Source: Neophaeotheca triangularis | Lineage: Eukaryota | Reading direction: 5' to 3' | DNA length: 64,000 nucleotides | Assembly: GCA_054600435.1 (NCBI GenBank) | Contig: BAAIJX010000008.1 | Span: 434,001 to 498,000 of the forward strand | Shown: piece by piece, positions 21,796 through 34,848 of the stretch | How the letters are laid out: each line of letters begins with the position of its first letter | Numbering within the stretch: the first letter of the stretch is position 1 | Program-made: the position numbers and the translations under genes | The notes under the pieces: generated by a model | What the model saw: the letters and a program-made list of their open reading frames with translations, nothing else | What the model was told of the DNA's origin: nothing | Databases searched by the model: none

Positions 21796-22151
21796 TACGA
21801 GACAGGCGACCCCGAGATTGATGCTTTGATGCAAAGGCAACCCATCGAATAATGAGACTGCGTTCAATGGCACTCAAGAAAGGTCGAACGATATCTGTGT
21901 ACATTTCACTTTCGAGACGCCACGCCATGAATACCACGGACGGCAGCTATGCTTTTCCTTCAAGTAGGGACTCGGGATGGAGGACAGCGAATCGATTCAT
22001 CGACTGATGCGAGGTGGATTATCCAAGAAGGGTATGTACCGTGCAGAGAGCCTCTGCATATATGGTGGTAAGGACGAGCAGTCTGAGGTGCTACTGATGA
22101 AGTCGAACGGTCAAAGACCAAGAACCATTCCACATGATCAAGACCGCCCAT

Positions 22152-24327
22152 CTACCAAGTCTCCTGCTTATACCTCCCCTCCTTTTCCATAGCATCCACA
22201 AACGCTTCCGCAGCTTCCGCACCCATCCCCCCACCACCATCACCAACATCCCCCCTCCCAACAACCTCCACCAAAGCCTCCCGAACACTCTTCGGCATAT
22301 TCCCCGAACTCCCACAAACATAAACCTTCCCGTGCCTTTCCACCAAAGCCCTACCAATCAACCCAGCATTCCCGTCCTCCCGTATCAAATCCTGCACATA
22401 CTTCTTCCCGGGCATACTCGCCGGATCACGAGAAAAAGCCGTCAAAACCGTCAACCCCTCCTCCCGCTCCAAACGCATCCACTCCTCCTTAAAAAAGAAG
22501 TCCTTACTCGCGCTCCTGCAACCGAAAACCAGCACGTCGCCCGCGAGCTTGCGGCCCGGCGGGCGGTTGCCGATGCCTTGGTCAGCCCACTGCAAGCGCT
22601 GGTGGATCATGGAGCGCATTGGTGCGAGGCCGGTTCCGGGACCGATCATGATTATGGGGACGGCCATTTCGCTCGCTTGGACGTCCAGGTAGCCCGGTTG
22701 AAGCGTTATGTTCAGCAGTTGGCCGGGTCGCAGGGTCGCGATGTAGCGGGTGCAGACGCCGTGGCGGCGGCGGAATTTGATGATTGGGCTTGGGGGGTCG
22801 GCTATGGCTACTAAGAGCTGCACGCGGGTTTTTGGGTCGTGGGGCCCGCTGGTCGGTGGGCGGATTTGGGCTCCGCCGCTGGCGATGCTGAATTGTCGAC
22901 CCCGCATGTGGGGCAGAGCGGTTAGACAATATTGCCATGGGATGCGGATGGTGGTGAAGTCCATCATGACTTCGAGGATTGTGCGTTTGGGGCGCGTCGT
23001 GTAGTCCCAGAGTTCGTCGATGAGTTCCGGGTTGGCGAGTTCGAGCAGGCGTTCTTTTTGGTAGGCTTCGTCTTCGGTGGCGGTGGAGGCGAAGTAGGCG
23101 AGGTTGGCGAAGAAGGAGCGTCGTGGGATGGACATGATGTCGAGGATGTTTGTACAGAGGTAGCGGAGGGTTAGGGGGGAGGATGGGGAGAGGTTTAAGT
23201 GTCGGAGTGGGGAGGGGGTGCGGGTTGTTGGGTCCGTGGTAGTTAGTTGGAGAGGTTCGTCGGCGAGGGATTGCCAGTCCATAAGGGTGAGGAAGGCGTT
23301 GACGTCTGAGGGGAAGTTTTTTGGGTAGATTACTGCTACTGCTCCTGGGCCGTAGACAAGTTCTTGGTCGATCTCGAGGTCTAGCACGCGGACGTCTTGG
23401 AAATGGTCGGATGTTGTGACCCTCTTGTTGGACAGGATTGTGGAAGTGTGTGAGTCTTTGATTGGCAGCAAGTCGGGGGGCGGCTCTTCAGCACCAGAGT
23501 CTTTGGAATCGGCCCCGCTCGGTCGCTTCTTCGCTTCGACAGAGCCGTGCTCGCCTTTTTCTTCGTTGGCGGCGTTGCCGTTTGTTGCCGGATTTAAAGA
23601 CTTCTCGGACTCATATAATGCCAATTTCCACTTTGGCTCCAGGAAGGTGTCCTCGGCAATTTCCTCCAGCCCATCACTAAGAGGGAATTCCTCATCTAGT
23701 GCTTGCTTCAGCTGTACGATCCACTCGCGAAAGCCAGCACTGTGACCTTCAGGGTGCTGTTCGTTGCCTTCGCCTCTCTGGCAGAAAGATTGGGCTCCAA
23801 GCTGGGTCAGACGACCGCACAACATCCGGTGGGCTACGTTGTACTTTGCGTATGAGCCATCACCAAGGCCGAAGGAAGTAAAACGTACTCGTTTCAGCAA
23901 GCCAGGTCTGAGCGCACTACTCAACAGGGTTTTCCAGAACGATCGAGCGTTTTGCGGCATTTCTCCCTGGCCTGTGGTAGAGAGAGCAAAGATGATAACG
24001 GTAGGCTTGAGGATCTCTTTGAGTTGCGCCGAGTCCATGTCCAGTACGGTCGTCTCGAAACGTAGCCTCTCTGTCAGGCGACCGACTTCTTCGGCTACAT
24101 CTTGAGCGTTGCCAGTTTCTGAGCCATACAAGACTAATGCAGTTCTTGGTCGGGGCAAGTCAGATCTGGTAAAGAGTCTTAGTCAAAGGTCTTGGAGAGA
24201 GAAAAGACAGAATCAAGCACATTTCTAACAAAGAAATGATTGCCACGAGCGAGACATACCGAGCTTTGAGATGCGTGCCGTTGGTGAGTGAATGGCCATT
24301 GATCTGGCCACCGTTTGCTTGGGACAT
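22152..24327 (-). CDS. TAH18: NADPH-dependent diflavin oxidoreductase (Tah18/NDOR1)
   Basis: Exon 1 24327-24260 (MSQANGGQINGHSLTNGTHLKA) and intron 24259-24166 (GTATGT...CAG) join in frame. Motifs YGSETGNA, STTGQG, FGLGD, RQFSIAS, GPGTGLAPMRS, FGCR and terminal QETW. Confidence 0.93.
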
Positions 24328-24998
24328 GAAGAAAGTGAGGCCTGTAGAGTCCTGAAAGTCCTGCCTGCTTGCCTACCTACCCAAACCTTATGAATGTATG
24401 TATATGTTTGGTGCGATCCCTGATGTGTCTTAACGTTATGACCAGGGGTTAAGTTAACGTTTTTATCAGATGCTGTTATGGGTGGCAATCTGTTTCCTTG
24501 GTTGGGCGTGAAGTTACTGAAGTTACTGAAGCCCTGAAGTACTATGCCCGCCAAGTCAAGTCAGGTGCTAGTAGCCACTTCCCCATATTAGAGGGCGGGA
24601 GCAGCCGCCAGCCACGCTAACCGTTTCAGGGTCCTGACTGCCGAAATTCTAACATGCACGTTTTGAGAGCTTCGCGACTTCTGGCCTCCTTTCCCTCTCC
24701 CTCTCTCTCCTCTTCCCCATCAACTTGTCAATCCAGATCAATACCAATCCCCAACCCCCATCCCGTCAAGCAATCTCTCTCTCGGGCACGTAGCTACCCA
24801 TCACCCCCCCAACTCTCCCTCGTCAAGACTCGTTTCCACCAGCCCCGGCGGTCCTGTCAATCCACTCCCAACCACCAAAGCCAACCCCCAAACAAGACCA
24901 GTCACGCTCCATCCAGGACACGTGCAGCTTCCACCACCCAACTTCAAGTCAACCCGTCAAGCACACACCCAAGCTTCACTTCACACCAGTCAATCATC

Positions 24999-26383
24999 AT
25001 GTCCGTCGACGCCGTTACCGCCCAAATGGCAAACACCACCCTCGACAAGCCAAGCGCCACCACCGCTGAAGGCGCCTCCGTCGGCGCCGGCGGTGACAAG
25101 CCCATCAACGCCTCGCAGAATGAGGCTGTCATCGCCAGCGCCGCTGAGGGGAGGAGACTTTACATTGGAAACCTCGCTTATGCGACCACCGAGGGAGAGT
25201 TGAAGGAGTTCTTCAAGGACTACCTTGTGTACGTCTGCTCCTGCCGTGTTTGAGCTTCAGCCTGATTGGGAAGTGGCTAATATTTTTCCTCGCAGTGAGA
25301 CCACCTCTATCCCTACCAACCCCCGCACCACCCGTCCCGTCGGTTATGCCTTCGTTGATGTCTCTACCTCTTCCGAGGCTGAGCGCGCCATCGCTGAGCT
25401 CAACGGCCACACTATCCTCGACCGCAAGGTCTCCGTTCAGCTCGCCAAGAAGCCCGAGCCAGCCGGCGAGAAGACTGAGGGTGATGAGGGTCAGGCCCGC
25501 CGTCGCTCTTCCACCCGCGGACGTAGCGGTCGTGGACGTGGCGGCCGCAACACTCGTGGCGGACGTGGAGTATGTATCTCTCATTCTCGATCTCGGACTT
25601 GATCATGTCTTGCACCGGCCAGCTCAAACAAGCGGCAGCGAAGCTAACGCATACATAGAAGAAGAACAACGCCGAGGGTGTAAACGGCGAGAACGCCGAG
25701 CCTGCCGCTCCTACCAACGTTCCTGGCCAGGCCAACGGACTTACCTCGACCACCAACGAGGCCTTGACCGCCGCCCCCGGCGCCGAGGGCACCATGAACG
25801 TTGACGCCACCAAGAACAGCGGCACCAACGCTCGTCAGCCCCGCAAGCAGCGTGGTCCTCCCGAGGATGGCGTTCCCAGCAAGACCAAGATTATGGTCGC
25901 CAACCTCCCCTACGACCTCCGCGAGGAGAAGGTAAGACATTTTACTCGTTTCATTCGAAGAATCAAACTGACTCTTGTCTTCAGCTTCTCGAGCTTTTCG
26001 CCGACTACTCTCCTTCCTCCGCCAAGATCGCCCTCCGCCCCATCCCGAAGTTCATGGTCCGCAAGCTCCAGGCTCGCAACGAGCCCCGCAAGGGCCGTGG
26101 CTTCGGCTTCGTGACTCTCGGTAGTGAGGAGATGCAACAGAAGGCCTGTTCTGCCATGAACGGCAAGGAGATCGAGGGCCGTGAGATCGCTGTCAAGGTC
26201 GCGATCGATAGGTAGGTGACAGGAATGGATCTGATGGATATCAAACAATATACTGACTTTCATTTCAGCCCTGGCAAGGAGGACGAGGACCCTGCCGCTC
26301 CCATCGAGGGTGCTCCCCAGACCGACGGCAACCCCAGCACTGCCGAGGGCTCCGCCAACACTGCCGCCACCGTTGCTTCTTAA
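24999..26383 (+). CDS. Two-RRM RNA-binding protein with a central RGG box (Sbp1-like), multi-exon
   Basis: RRM1 RLYIGNLAY / GYAFVDV, then RGRSGRGRGG, then RRM2 IMVANLPY / RGFGFV. About four short introns with GT..AG and CTAAC/CTGAC branch sites. Stop TAA 26381-26383. Confidence 0.88.
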
Positions 26384-27149
26384 ATGAAGTGACGAGGTCG
26401 GCCCAGTATGCGGCATCCCAGCCGCGACCTCCACATCACCCATCATCCCGACCAGCTTGCACTCGGACTCGTCTACGTGGTATAGGCTTTCCCGTGGCAA
26501 GCACTCTGTCTTTGCATTTGTACGGACGGGTGGAAGACGGTAATGTGGAGAAAACAAGACAAGCACAGCACAAGCCAAGTTTCATGCAAAACAACCATTA
26601 TCACTACTATCTATGGTTGCAATACTTAGAAATGTATTGTAGCCAAATTCTATTCGGAAGCTGTATTTGATGTACTTCTAAATGAGAGGGTCTTTTTCAA
26701 CCGCTTCATACTGTTGTCTCGTGTTGGTTCCACTATTAAGAACGACCACAGAAAAAAGCAAGAATCACACAAGTGTACCTTACTGTATTGGGTGCAGCTC
26801 TTCCGGAGAGGGAAGTTACCAATTGCTAGGACCCGGCAAAACATTCCAGGTTTACCAGGGCCTTACCACAAAAGCATGGGGATATTGCCGAGAGCAACCC
26901 AAACAAATGCTCAAAAGCCTTTTGCGCTACAAACAAAACCCGAGTCAAGGTCCTGTTCGAACGCAGGAAAGTGTCATTTTCAACTGGCGCTAGGCGAGGC
27001 CCACGAAAATCACACGTCGAAAAAGCGCAGAAGCATGTCTCGGTTCGACCGTATCTTACCTCTTGCCAGTACCAAAAGCAGCTTACTCATCTCTAGTCGC
27101 GAACGTACCTAACTGACGTCTCGACACTCTCTTCCCGGCGCATGCACCC

Positions 27150-28300
27150 CCCCGGTCCCACGCGAGACGAGTTCCGCACGCCTCGAAGAAGCCGGTCGAG
27201 GCCCAAAACGGCCTTTAGCTAGCTCGTACCCGCGAGAGAGCCAATGGCAAGAGCCGGCTTGGAATGGGGTTTGGACATGCTCGCCAGGGACGCGCAGAGG
27301 TGGTGTTTTGAGGCGGGCTGGAGGTTGGGGGTTTTGATTGCCTCTCGGCGGGTTTGGGGCTGTTTTTCTGCACTCTATCGGACGGAGTGTATTTGTGTGC
27401 GGGAGGGACGCAGTTGGCGCGGTAATATGCGTTCTGTTAGCGTGGACTCTGGGAGCCAAATGGTACGAGCCCGTTTGAGGCGGACTGGGGAGCTGCTCGC
27501 CGGGGACACGGAGGTGTGGGTGGCTTTGGGCTTGGGGTTGGAGTTTCGACTGCTCTCGGCGGGTTTGCGGCTGACCCGTGATTCTCTGTCGCTAGAGACC
27601 TAGGTCATGACCAAAATGTCCCTTGGTAAGCGCGCGCCCTTGGAAGCCAGTGGTAGGAGGTTGTCTTGGGGCGGGGTTGGATCTTCTCGCCAGACGCACC
27701 GGGTTGGGATCGACCTTAGGCTTGAGAATGGTGTGCCAGCTCCTCCTCGGCAGACTGTCGCTGTCCCAGGGCTTTCTGCCGCCGTCACCCAAAAATGGCC
27801 GTGTCAAGGCGAAAGCGTCCTTTAGCTAGCGCGGACCTCTCAGAGCCAATAGCGAGAGCTGGTCTCGATCGTTTTTAGTTTTGCTCGCTGGGAGAACTGA
27901 GGTGCGGATCGCTTGAGGCTTGTACTGAAATCGAGGTCTGCTCTCGGCGGAACCGCCCTGTCCCATGACTTTCCGTCGACGGAGACCTGTACAGAGCGGA
28001 AACGTCCCTAAAATAGCGCGGACGAGTAGAGACCAATGAAATGAAACAGCGCGTTTCCGGTTTCGCAGGATGGCTCGCCCGGGACCTATCCTGGCGCTGA
28101 TTTCTGCCTTCAGATGACCATTTCAGCTCTTCCCGGCGATGCATTGCAGTCCCATGACTTTCTGTCACTAGAGACTCAGAGAAGACGAAAACGTCCCGTG
28201 GCTAGCGCGGACCGGTGAGAACCAATGAGAAAGGCCGCTCCGAGTTCGTTGTGAAAGGGCCCGCCAGGGACACGAGCCTGTGCTTCGTGTTCAGCCCGAG
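27150..28300. repeat. Degenerate tandem array, about 6 units of ~190-215 bp
   Basis: A recurring ordered motif set GTCCCATGACTTTC / AAACGTCC..GCTAGCGCGGAC / GAG-CCAAT / GCTCGCCAGGGAC, with CCAAT-like anchors near 27241, 27456, 27647, 27846, 28033 and 28222. Confidence 0.7.
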
Positions 28301-28969
28301 ACGAAGATTTGGGCCCTTCCCCGCGAGCTCCGGATGGAAGTATCTTCTGCTGCAATAATCGAAAGTATCCTTCTCTCAATTGCAATGATTCACTTCCTAG
28401 CCGGGGCTATAGTGATGTATTCGATTTCCGTGAGGGTTCGGACGTATATCTTTGTGGTTAGTGAGCACGCTCCGTCTGGCAGGGTCGTCCTGGCTATTGG
28501 TTTAATGTAACGGAGAGTACTAATAGACAATAACAACGGAATATCCTAATCACGAGGCGGTATATTACCTTAGTAGATCCAGTGACCGACTCGAGGGGAA
28601 ATAGTATTGGAGTCTTGGAGAAGCAGATTCTTGCTTGCTTCCTGAAAGCTGTGAGCGTCTTGTCATGTTGCCCACCTCTCGTCTCGCATCGCATGAGCTT
28701 GAATGCTAGAGTCCACGCCAAGATGCTTGCCTGCGTATTATTGCTCGTGGTTTCAGCAGTCATAAGTTATCCTCACGCAATTGATGGGCAGAAGAGATGT
28801 CGTTGGAATATAGACAGGGGGAAGGTTTAGAAATGAACCGAGGTTATGCGCGGCTTAAGCCGAGACCGAGATCGCATGCATTGTAGATGGGACGAGAGAC
28901 ATCACCACTCGACTCGCAAGCTGCTTCTCCCGTAGCTCTACATCCGTTTCTTTCACAGACGCCGCCACC

Positions 28970-29829
28970 ATGTCTTCAGGCCTTCGGATATTAGTCCCCG
29001 TCAAACGGGTCATCGACTATGCCGTACGCACAGTCCCCAATACTCTCAAAACCACCCACCCCAGCAACAGCCACCCCGAGCTAACCCCCCATGCCTCCAC
29101 CAGGTCAAACCGCGCGTCAACAAAGCCCAGACGGCCGTCGAGACCCAAGGCGTCAAACATAGCATGAATCCTTTCGACGAGCTCTCCATCGAAGAAGCGG
29201 TCCGCATGCGCGAGCGCAAACTCCCCGTCGAGGACATCCTCGCCTTCTCCGCCGGCCCTACCAAGAGCCAGGACATCCTGCGCACCGCCATGGCCATGGG
29301 CGCCGACAGGGGTCTGCACGTCGTTTTCGAGCCCAAGCCCGACCAGAACCAGGATCTGGAACCGCTCGGTGTCGCGAAGATGCTTAAGAAGGTTGTCGAA
29401 GAGGAGAATCGGAATCTCGTCATTTTGGGAAAGCAGAGTATCGATGATGATGCGAATCAGACGGGGCAGATGCTGGCGGGATTGTTGGGCTGGCCGCAAG
29501 CGACGCAGGCGAGCAAGGTGGATATCGAGGGGGAGAGTGTTACGGTTCTCCGTGAGGTGGATGGGGGTGTGGAGACGCTCAAGGCGAAGCTGCCGATGGT
29601 TATTACGACGGATTTGCGCCTCAATGAGCCGAGATATGCCAGTTTGCCGAATATTATGAAGGCTAAGAAGAAGCCGTTGGTTAAGAAGACGGCCGAGGAT
29701 ATGGGCGTGGATCTGAGCGCGAGGCTGAAGACGATGAAGGTTATGGAGCCGCCCCAGAGGCAGGGTGGTGGCAAGGTTGAGGATGTCGATGGCATGGTCA
29801 GCAAGCTCAAGGAGCTGGGCGCTTTATGA
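28970..29829 (+). CDS. ETFB: Electron transfer flavoprotein beta subunit
   Basis: Exon 1 28970-29023 (MSSGLRILVPVKRVIDYA), intron 29024-29103. Motifs SMNPFDE, AMGADR, GKQSIDDD and DLRLNEPRYASLPNIMKAKKKP. Confidence 0.96.
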
Positions 29830-30843
29830 TTTGGGGGCTTTGTGGTATAGAAGCTGGGAAGGAAATGTATCAATGCGCGGAGTTCGAACATCTGGCTTAC
29901 AGGGGTGATTATGTGCAGTCGTGTTGCGGGTGCGCAACTTTTACACGTAGGTGGGTAGACAAGACCGAGATATGAGTGCTGACTGCAATCCTGCAAAGGG
30001 CCATCAGGCTCTGGAAGATCTGGTTGTCATCGTTGCATGTCAAGACTTTCGGGGTGATTTTCTCGAGGCGTCACTATGAGACAATGTCCCAGCTCCGCGC
30101 TGCTGCTTGAAAGAGACGTGACAGATCCGGTTTGCTTGCCCGCTAATCTAGGAGACAAAGACGCTGTACGGTTTGCGCATCATCAGCTTCTTCTGCATGT
30201 CTAAGATGAAAGATGTTGCTTGCTATTGTAGCAATCAAGAGCGCCGAGCTTTATTTCGCAAGGTATATGGGGGTTGCATGGTCTTTCCTTGGTCTGACGT
30301 TCGTGGATTTCGAGGTTGGACATAGTTTCAGGGGAAAGGGCTGGAAAGCTGCGAGCCATGTAGTAAGTCATAACCCAACGCCCTCTTAACACAAAAGAGT
30401 GAAAGCTAATAGTGCTGTCCAGGTTATCGCGAAGACCATGTATATACCCTATCGATGCTGTCGCCTCTCCTATATCCCATATATCGGTCGTCCATTGTTG
30501 GGCAAGAATTTCGTTCGAAGGGCATTCACCTCTTCAGTACGTCGATCGATTCGATCGATCGACCACGACGTCGGTAGTTCGAGGCTTGGCCAAATCGAGC
30601 TTTCACTTCACTTTCACGTCTGGAACGTGACGCGCTAGTTGAAGTCCGAGCTTTGGCTTGCTGTCACGAGCAACCTCGAAGCCTTTCGAGGTCTTCCACT
30701 TCTCTTTGCCTGACCAAACAACAGAACAAGTCTCTTCACAAGCTTAGTCTCGAGACATACTCCTTCTCCACTCTCTGCAACAAAGCAATCCTTTCAGAAC
30801 TACCGAGCTCTGAAAGTGTCAAAGACAAGCACATACAAGCAAC

Positions 30844-32852
30844 ATGGCTGCCCCCGCGCCGCCGCCACGCGAAAGTCCCGAGGACAAAGCGACAAACTCC
30901 ACGCTACTCTCGCTTTTATCGCCTGAGCAGCACGCCGTCGTTTGCAAGCTGCGCGCCGGAGACCTTCTCATCGTCCAACCCACGTACACGCCCCCTACCC
31001 TCGAGCCCGCTACCGGTGGCCTAGAGGAATGGGACAACGTTGACCAGTTGATGGACGAAAGCGCGGATATCCATGGTAACACGGACGCCTCCGCTGAAGG
31101 TGGTGAAGCTGTTGCCGAGGGAGAAGAGGCCGTCGTTGAGGGGCTTTACCAGGAGGATATTGAAGCTGGAGATGAGGACGACGAGGCGGCTCAGGCCGGA
31201 ATGACAGCGACCGTCGCCGACGAGACGCAGGCTGGACACGATATCCCAAGCGTTCGCGACAACCAGGAAGGCAGCGATCCAATTGATACGGACAACCGAA
31301 CCTCGATCGACGGCGGAAACGAGACCGCCACCGCGGGGAACCCAAATTTCCAAATTCCAAGCGTCGAGTCTGCGAGGCGCAGTGATAATCAAGGCGATAT
31401 GCCCAACGACGGCGTGGCTGCCAGCGCTGTCCGGACTGACACAGACGGCTTGGTGGTTGAGGTTGGTGTGGCTGTCCAGCACGGAGATGAGGGTGGGTCT
31501 GGAGAGGAGGAGAAGCACGAAGGTGGTGGGCAGTACGAGGACGAAGACCAGTACGAGGATGAAGAACAGTATGGAGAGGAAGAGCAGTACAATTACGAGG
31601 AGCAGTACGATTATGAGGAGTTGCCTCAAGCCTCGGTCTACATCGTCACCGCCGTCTACGAGGATATGCAGGGCAAGGCTGAGAACATCAAGCTCATGCC
31701 TCTGGAATACCGCAGCGAGCCTATGGAACCCACGCCTTCGTACCAACTGTACGGGGAACTCGTCTCTTTCGACCACTGTCACCTCACTGCTGATGAAGAC
31801 CGAGTTGCGATCTTCACCAACGTGTTGCCTTTCGCCATCGAGTCATCGGACGTCTCGCTCGGCGAAATCGTCGAAAACTGCATTCTCCACCTCGAGCCGG
31901 CGGCTAGCACCATCCGCAACCTCTTGCACAACGGCTTTTGTCCCGCCGAGTGCAGGGCAGGTCGCCTCTACAACACCACGACACTGAAGCAAATGGTCTC
32001 TTCCTACGAGTCTCCCGCCGTGTTGGAGCACGAACCTGTTTGCCCCTGCTGCATGGGTCTCGACTTGATGAAAGAAGAAGAGAACCTACGCGCGCGTGCC
32101 GCAAACTCCACCGTCACAATCGAAGAAGTCGTTGACTTTATGGGTCGCTTCAACATCGTCGCGCAGCAACACGGATATTACACCACGGAGCGTTTGGACG
32201 AGAGGGAGTGGGGTTTCGATTTCGGGGACGAGAACGACGGCGGCCAAGGGGGGGAGCAAGGTCACGGCGATGGGGAATGGGAGGACTGGCCAGAGGCGTT
32301 GGATATGCCTGGTATGAAGCTTGATCCTACTCCAAATCACGTCATTGAGGCGCTGGAGAAGGTCATCTATGGCCCGGCCATGGATGAGGAGACGTGCTTG
32401 ATCTGTTGTTGCGAATTCGGGAAGGGCAGGTGCTTGTGAAGCTGGGCTGTGGGCACCAGTTCTGCGAGGAGTGCACCTCGACTTGGCTGCAGAGCCAGAA
32501 GACCTGTCCCACTTGTAGGTGCAAGGTCTGTGAGGATGGAGAGGCTGAGGAAGATGGTTTGCAGCAGGGTGAGGCGCTAGCAGGAGACGCGGTGGTAGGC
32601 AGTGCGGGTCATGGTGATGCAGAGGATGGGGATGGGGAGGAGGGTGGTGCGGTCGAAGGCAGCGAGGATGAGCCGCTCGTGGAGAATCTCGGCGTGGAGG
32701 ACATCGGCCATGATGGGGTGACGGTGCAAGTGGTGATGGGCTGGGGTGACGATGGAATGGAGAATGAGGAGGAGCGCGAGCTGTTCCGCCTTCCGGAGTG
32801 GGATCTAGGTCGTATCGAGCCGGTCTGGGAGTTGCAGCCCGGTCGCTGGTGA
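30844..32852 (+). pseudogene. RING-finger paralogue 1 (Cys-rich domain plus RING), frameshifted inside the RING
   Basis: ORF 30844-32439 ends CLICCCEFG. The remainder EGQVLVKLGCGHQFCEEC...CPTC lies in the 32394 frame. One extra G in the GGG at 32419-32421 restores it. Confidence 0.7.
31531..31620 (+). repeat. 18-bp coding minisatellite x5 (QYxxEE/D)
   Basis: Units such as CAGTACGAGGACGAAGAC encode QYEDED QYEDEE QYGEEE QYNYEE QYDYEE. Confidence 0.85.
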
Positions 32853-34848
32853 GCGCTACCCGCTTCTTCGGATGGGAGGGCTCTGTTGCGCAGATTGAGA
32901 TGACGTGGAGGCTAAGGCTTCCTTTCTTCCCGTGCAGGCAAGAGCGTGATCTTTAACAACCCATCTGGCGACAGCCCTTAGATACGGTGCAAGGGGCATA
33001 CGGCGTCACACATGATGGCATGGTAGCAGGGGCACAAACCTCTTTCTTTATCAGCTGTCCGTAGTAATACCTTTAAACCCACTTGTTCCCCAAAGTCTCA
33101 ATCAACATGACGACATAAAGGGTCAATTTTGCAGTTGATTCAAGTGGAGATATACCTTGGAGAAAAGGCAAAAGGGCCCATCACGAAGATCGTCGGTAGG
33201 GCCCCTATCACCGACACCTACTGTCTCCAAGCCAAGCATCGAGATTTCGACCATCAGCACCTCTACGCCGTCCGACACGACTTATTTACTAGCCACTACA
33301 CCGGCTACGCGATGGTCAATAGTCGTAACGCCCAACCTAAGTGCAGGGCGACAGGCGCTTATAAAATACGACGAGTTAGAGCAAAACCGCGTCCCCGGTG
33401 AGAGGCGTGGGTGAGTCGAGTATTTCCAGCAGGCGGAGCCGCGTTTTTGTTAGACCGCTCTCACAAAGGGCACAAAAAGCATTACTACGCTTCCATGATG
33501 GGAATGGTAGAAAGGCGAATGGCTTTGTGCTCTTTTCTCTTCGGATCGCTAGCAGCGAGGTGGGCCTGCTTTGTTGACGGTAAGGCGTACAACCTTTGGT
33601 CTGGAGCAAAATAAGAAATGTGATTTGGTCCGTTTCATCGTAAGCTGTTCATAGTGCAGTTTTCTTGACAGTGATACCTCATTCCTTTCCTCCTTTGTTG
33701 TCACGCTTTAGAACTATACACCCGGACCAATTCATGATATAAGGTAGCGAACACACCACCTCTTTCTCAAGCAGCACCAGAGGGGTCTCCGAGGATGCCT
33801 TTGAGCATTGACCCCTGAAAAACTATTCATCCACTACGACCTAGCATCTCTATCTAGCATTCCTAGATTAGGGCCCCGGAGACGGGGCTTCTCTGGCTAC
33901 ATAGCTACCGTAGGCTTGTAAACTCATCTGACCCGCCCTTGGCAACCTGATCATTCCCAGAGTCTCGACTCCAGGAGATGCGCAGACACGAAATCAGGCT
34001 TGAGCGTTCCGACCACCTCATCGAACGTCGTGCACGTCAACCCGGGGTCGGCCGCCGACTCGATTGATCCACTTCGAAACGTCAACTACACACAGGTCTT
34101 GAAAAAAGGATGGACTCGGTGAATGTCTTATATTCGTGTCTGTAGTGTGCTTGACGGCCCATAATCCTGATTGAAAAAGCCGTTCTCATTGGCTTTCTGT
34201 AATGTTCTCTAAATCTTTATCCCTTAGATCACGATCCACACCCGCGAGCGTTCCTTCTTCGGCTTTGCACCCATGTAGCGGACGGAAGACGCTGTTTTCA
34301 AAGGCTGTAGCAAGCAAACTGGGGTATATGTATCCATACCTCTCTCTGTTCCTCCCCTGCCTCCATGACTCTGTCTAACCTCTCTATATCACTGTTTAAT
34401 CATGGTCAAAAGTATAATGCTCTAGCTCGCTGCTGCACCTGTTAAGAGAAATCGCAAGTTTTCTTGTCCATATGCTCTTTTGTTTTGAAACAGTGTGCTA
34501 TTGATCGGCATAGATACCCCAGACGAGCGCCTGTACGGCGACTTGAGACCTCGGGGGGGCTGACGATGGTCGAGGCGCAACGCCCCAAAACTACCGGGGC
34601 CGTTGCCTGAATGATGCCAGTAGACCGAGTCAATCGACCAAACGAATGCTGGCTTCGTGGTAGCTCGTGAAAGCGGAGGCAGCGAGGCAAACGAACATTC
34701 ACTTCGAAAATATTTGCTCGGCCCGAGCCGGGTGCTGCGCCAGGACCATGCCAAAACCTACGCGACCAAGCCTAGCTCTTCTTCGACTTCTCACCTCACT
34801 CCAAACCTTTTCTTGTTGCCCGTCAAGTGCAATGAAAAGTCCAACATC

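Noticed and set aside
24654..24998. Upstream in-frame extension of the RRM gene
   Set aside because: Pyrimidine/CA-rich, 5'UTR-like sequence; the ATG at 24999 has better context (ATCATCATG).
30538..30572. GATC-rich imperfect palindrome upstream of RING paralogue 1
   Set aside because: Short, low-complexity and not repeated at the other paralogues.
32900..34600. Small ORFs and GC hairpins (e.g. 33871-33890) as possible tRNA/ncRNA or genes
   Set aside because: No cloverleaf, A/B boxes or protein motifs recognisable.
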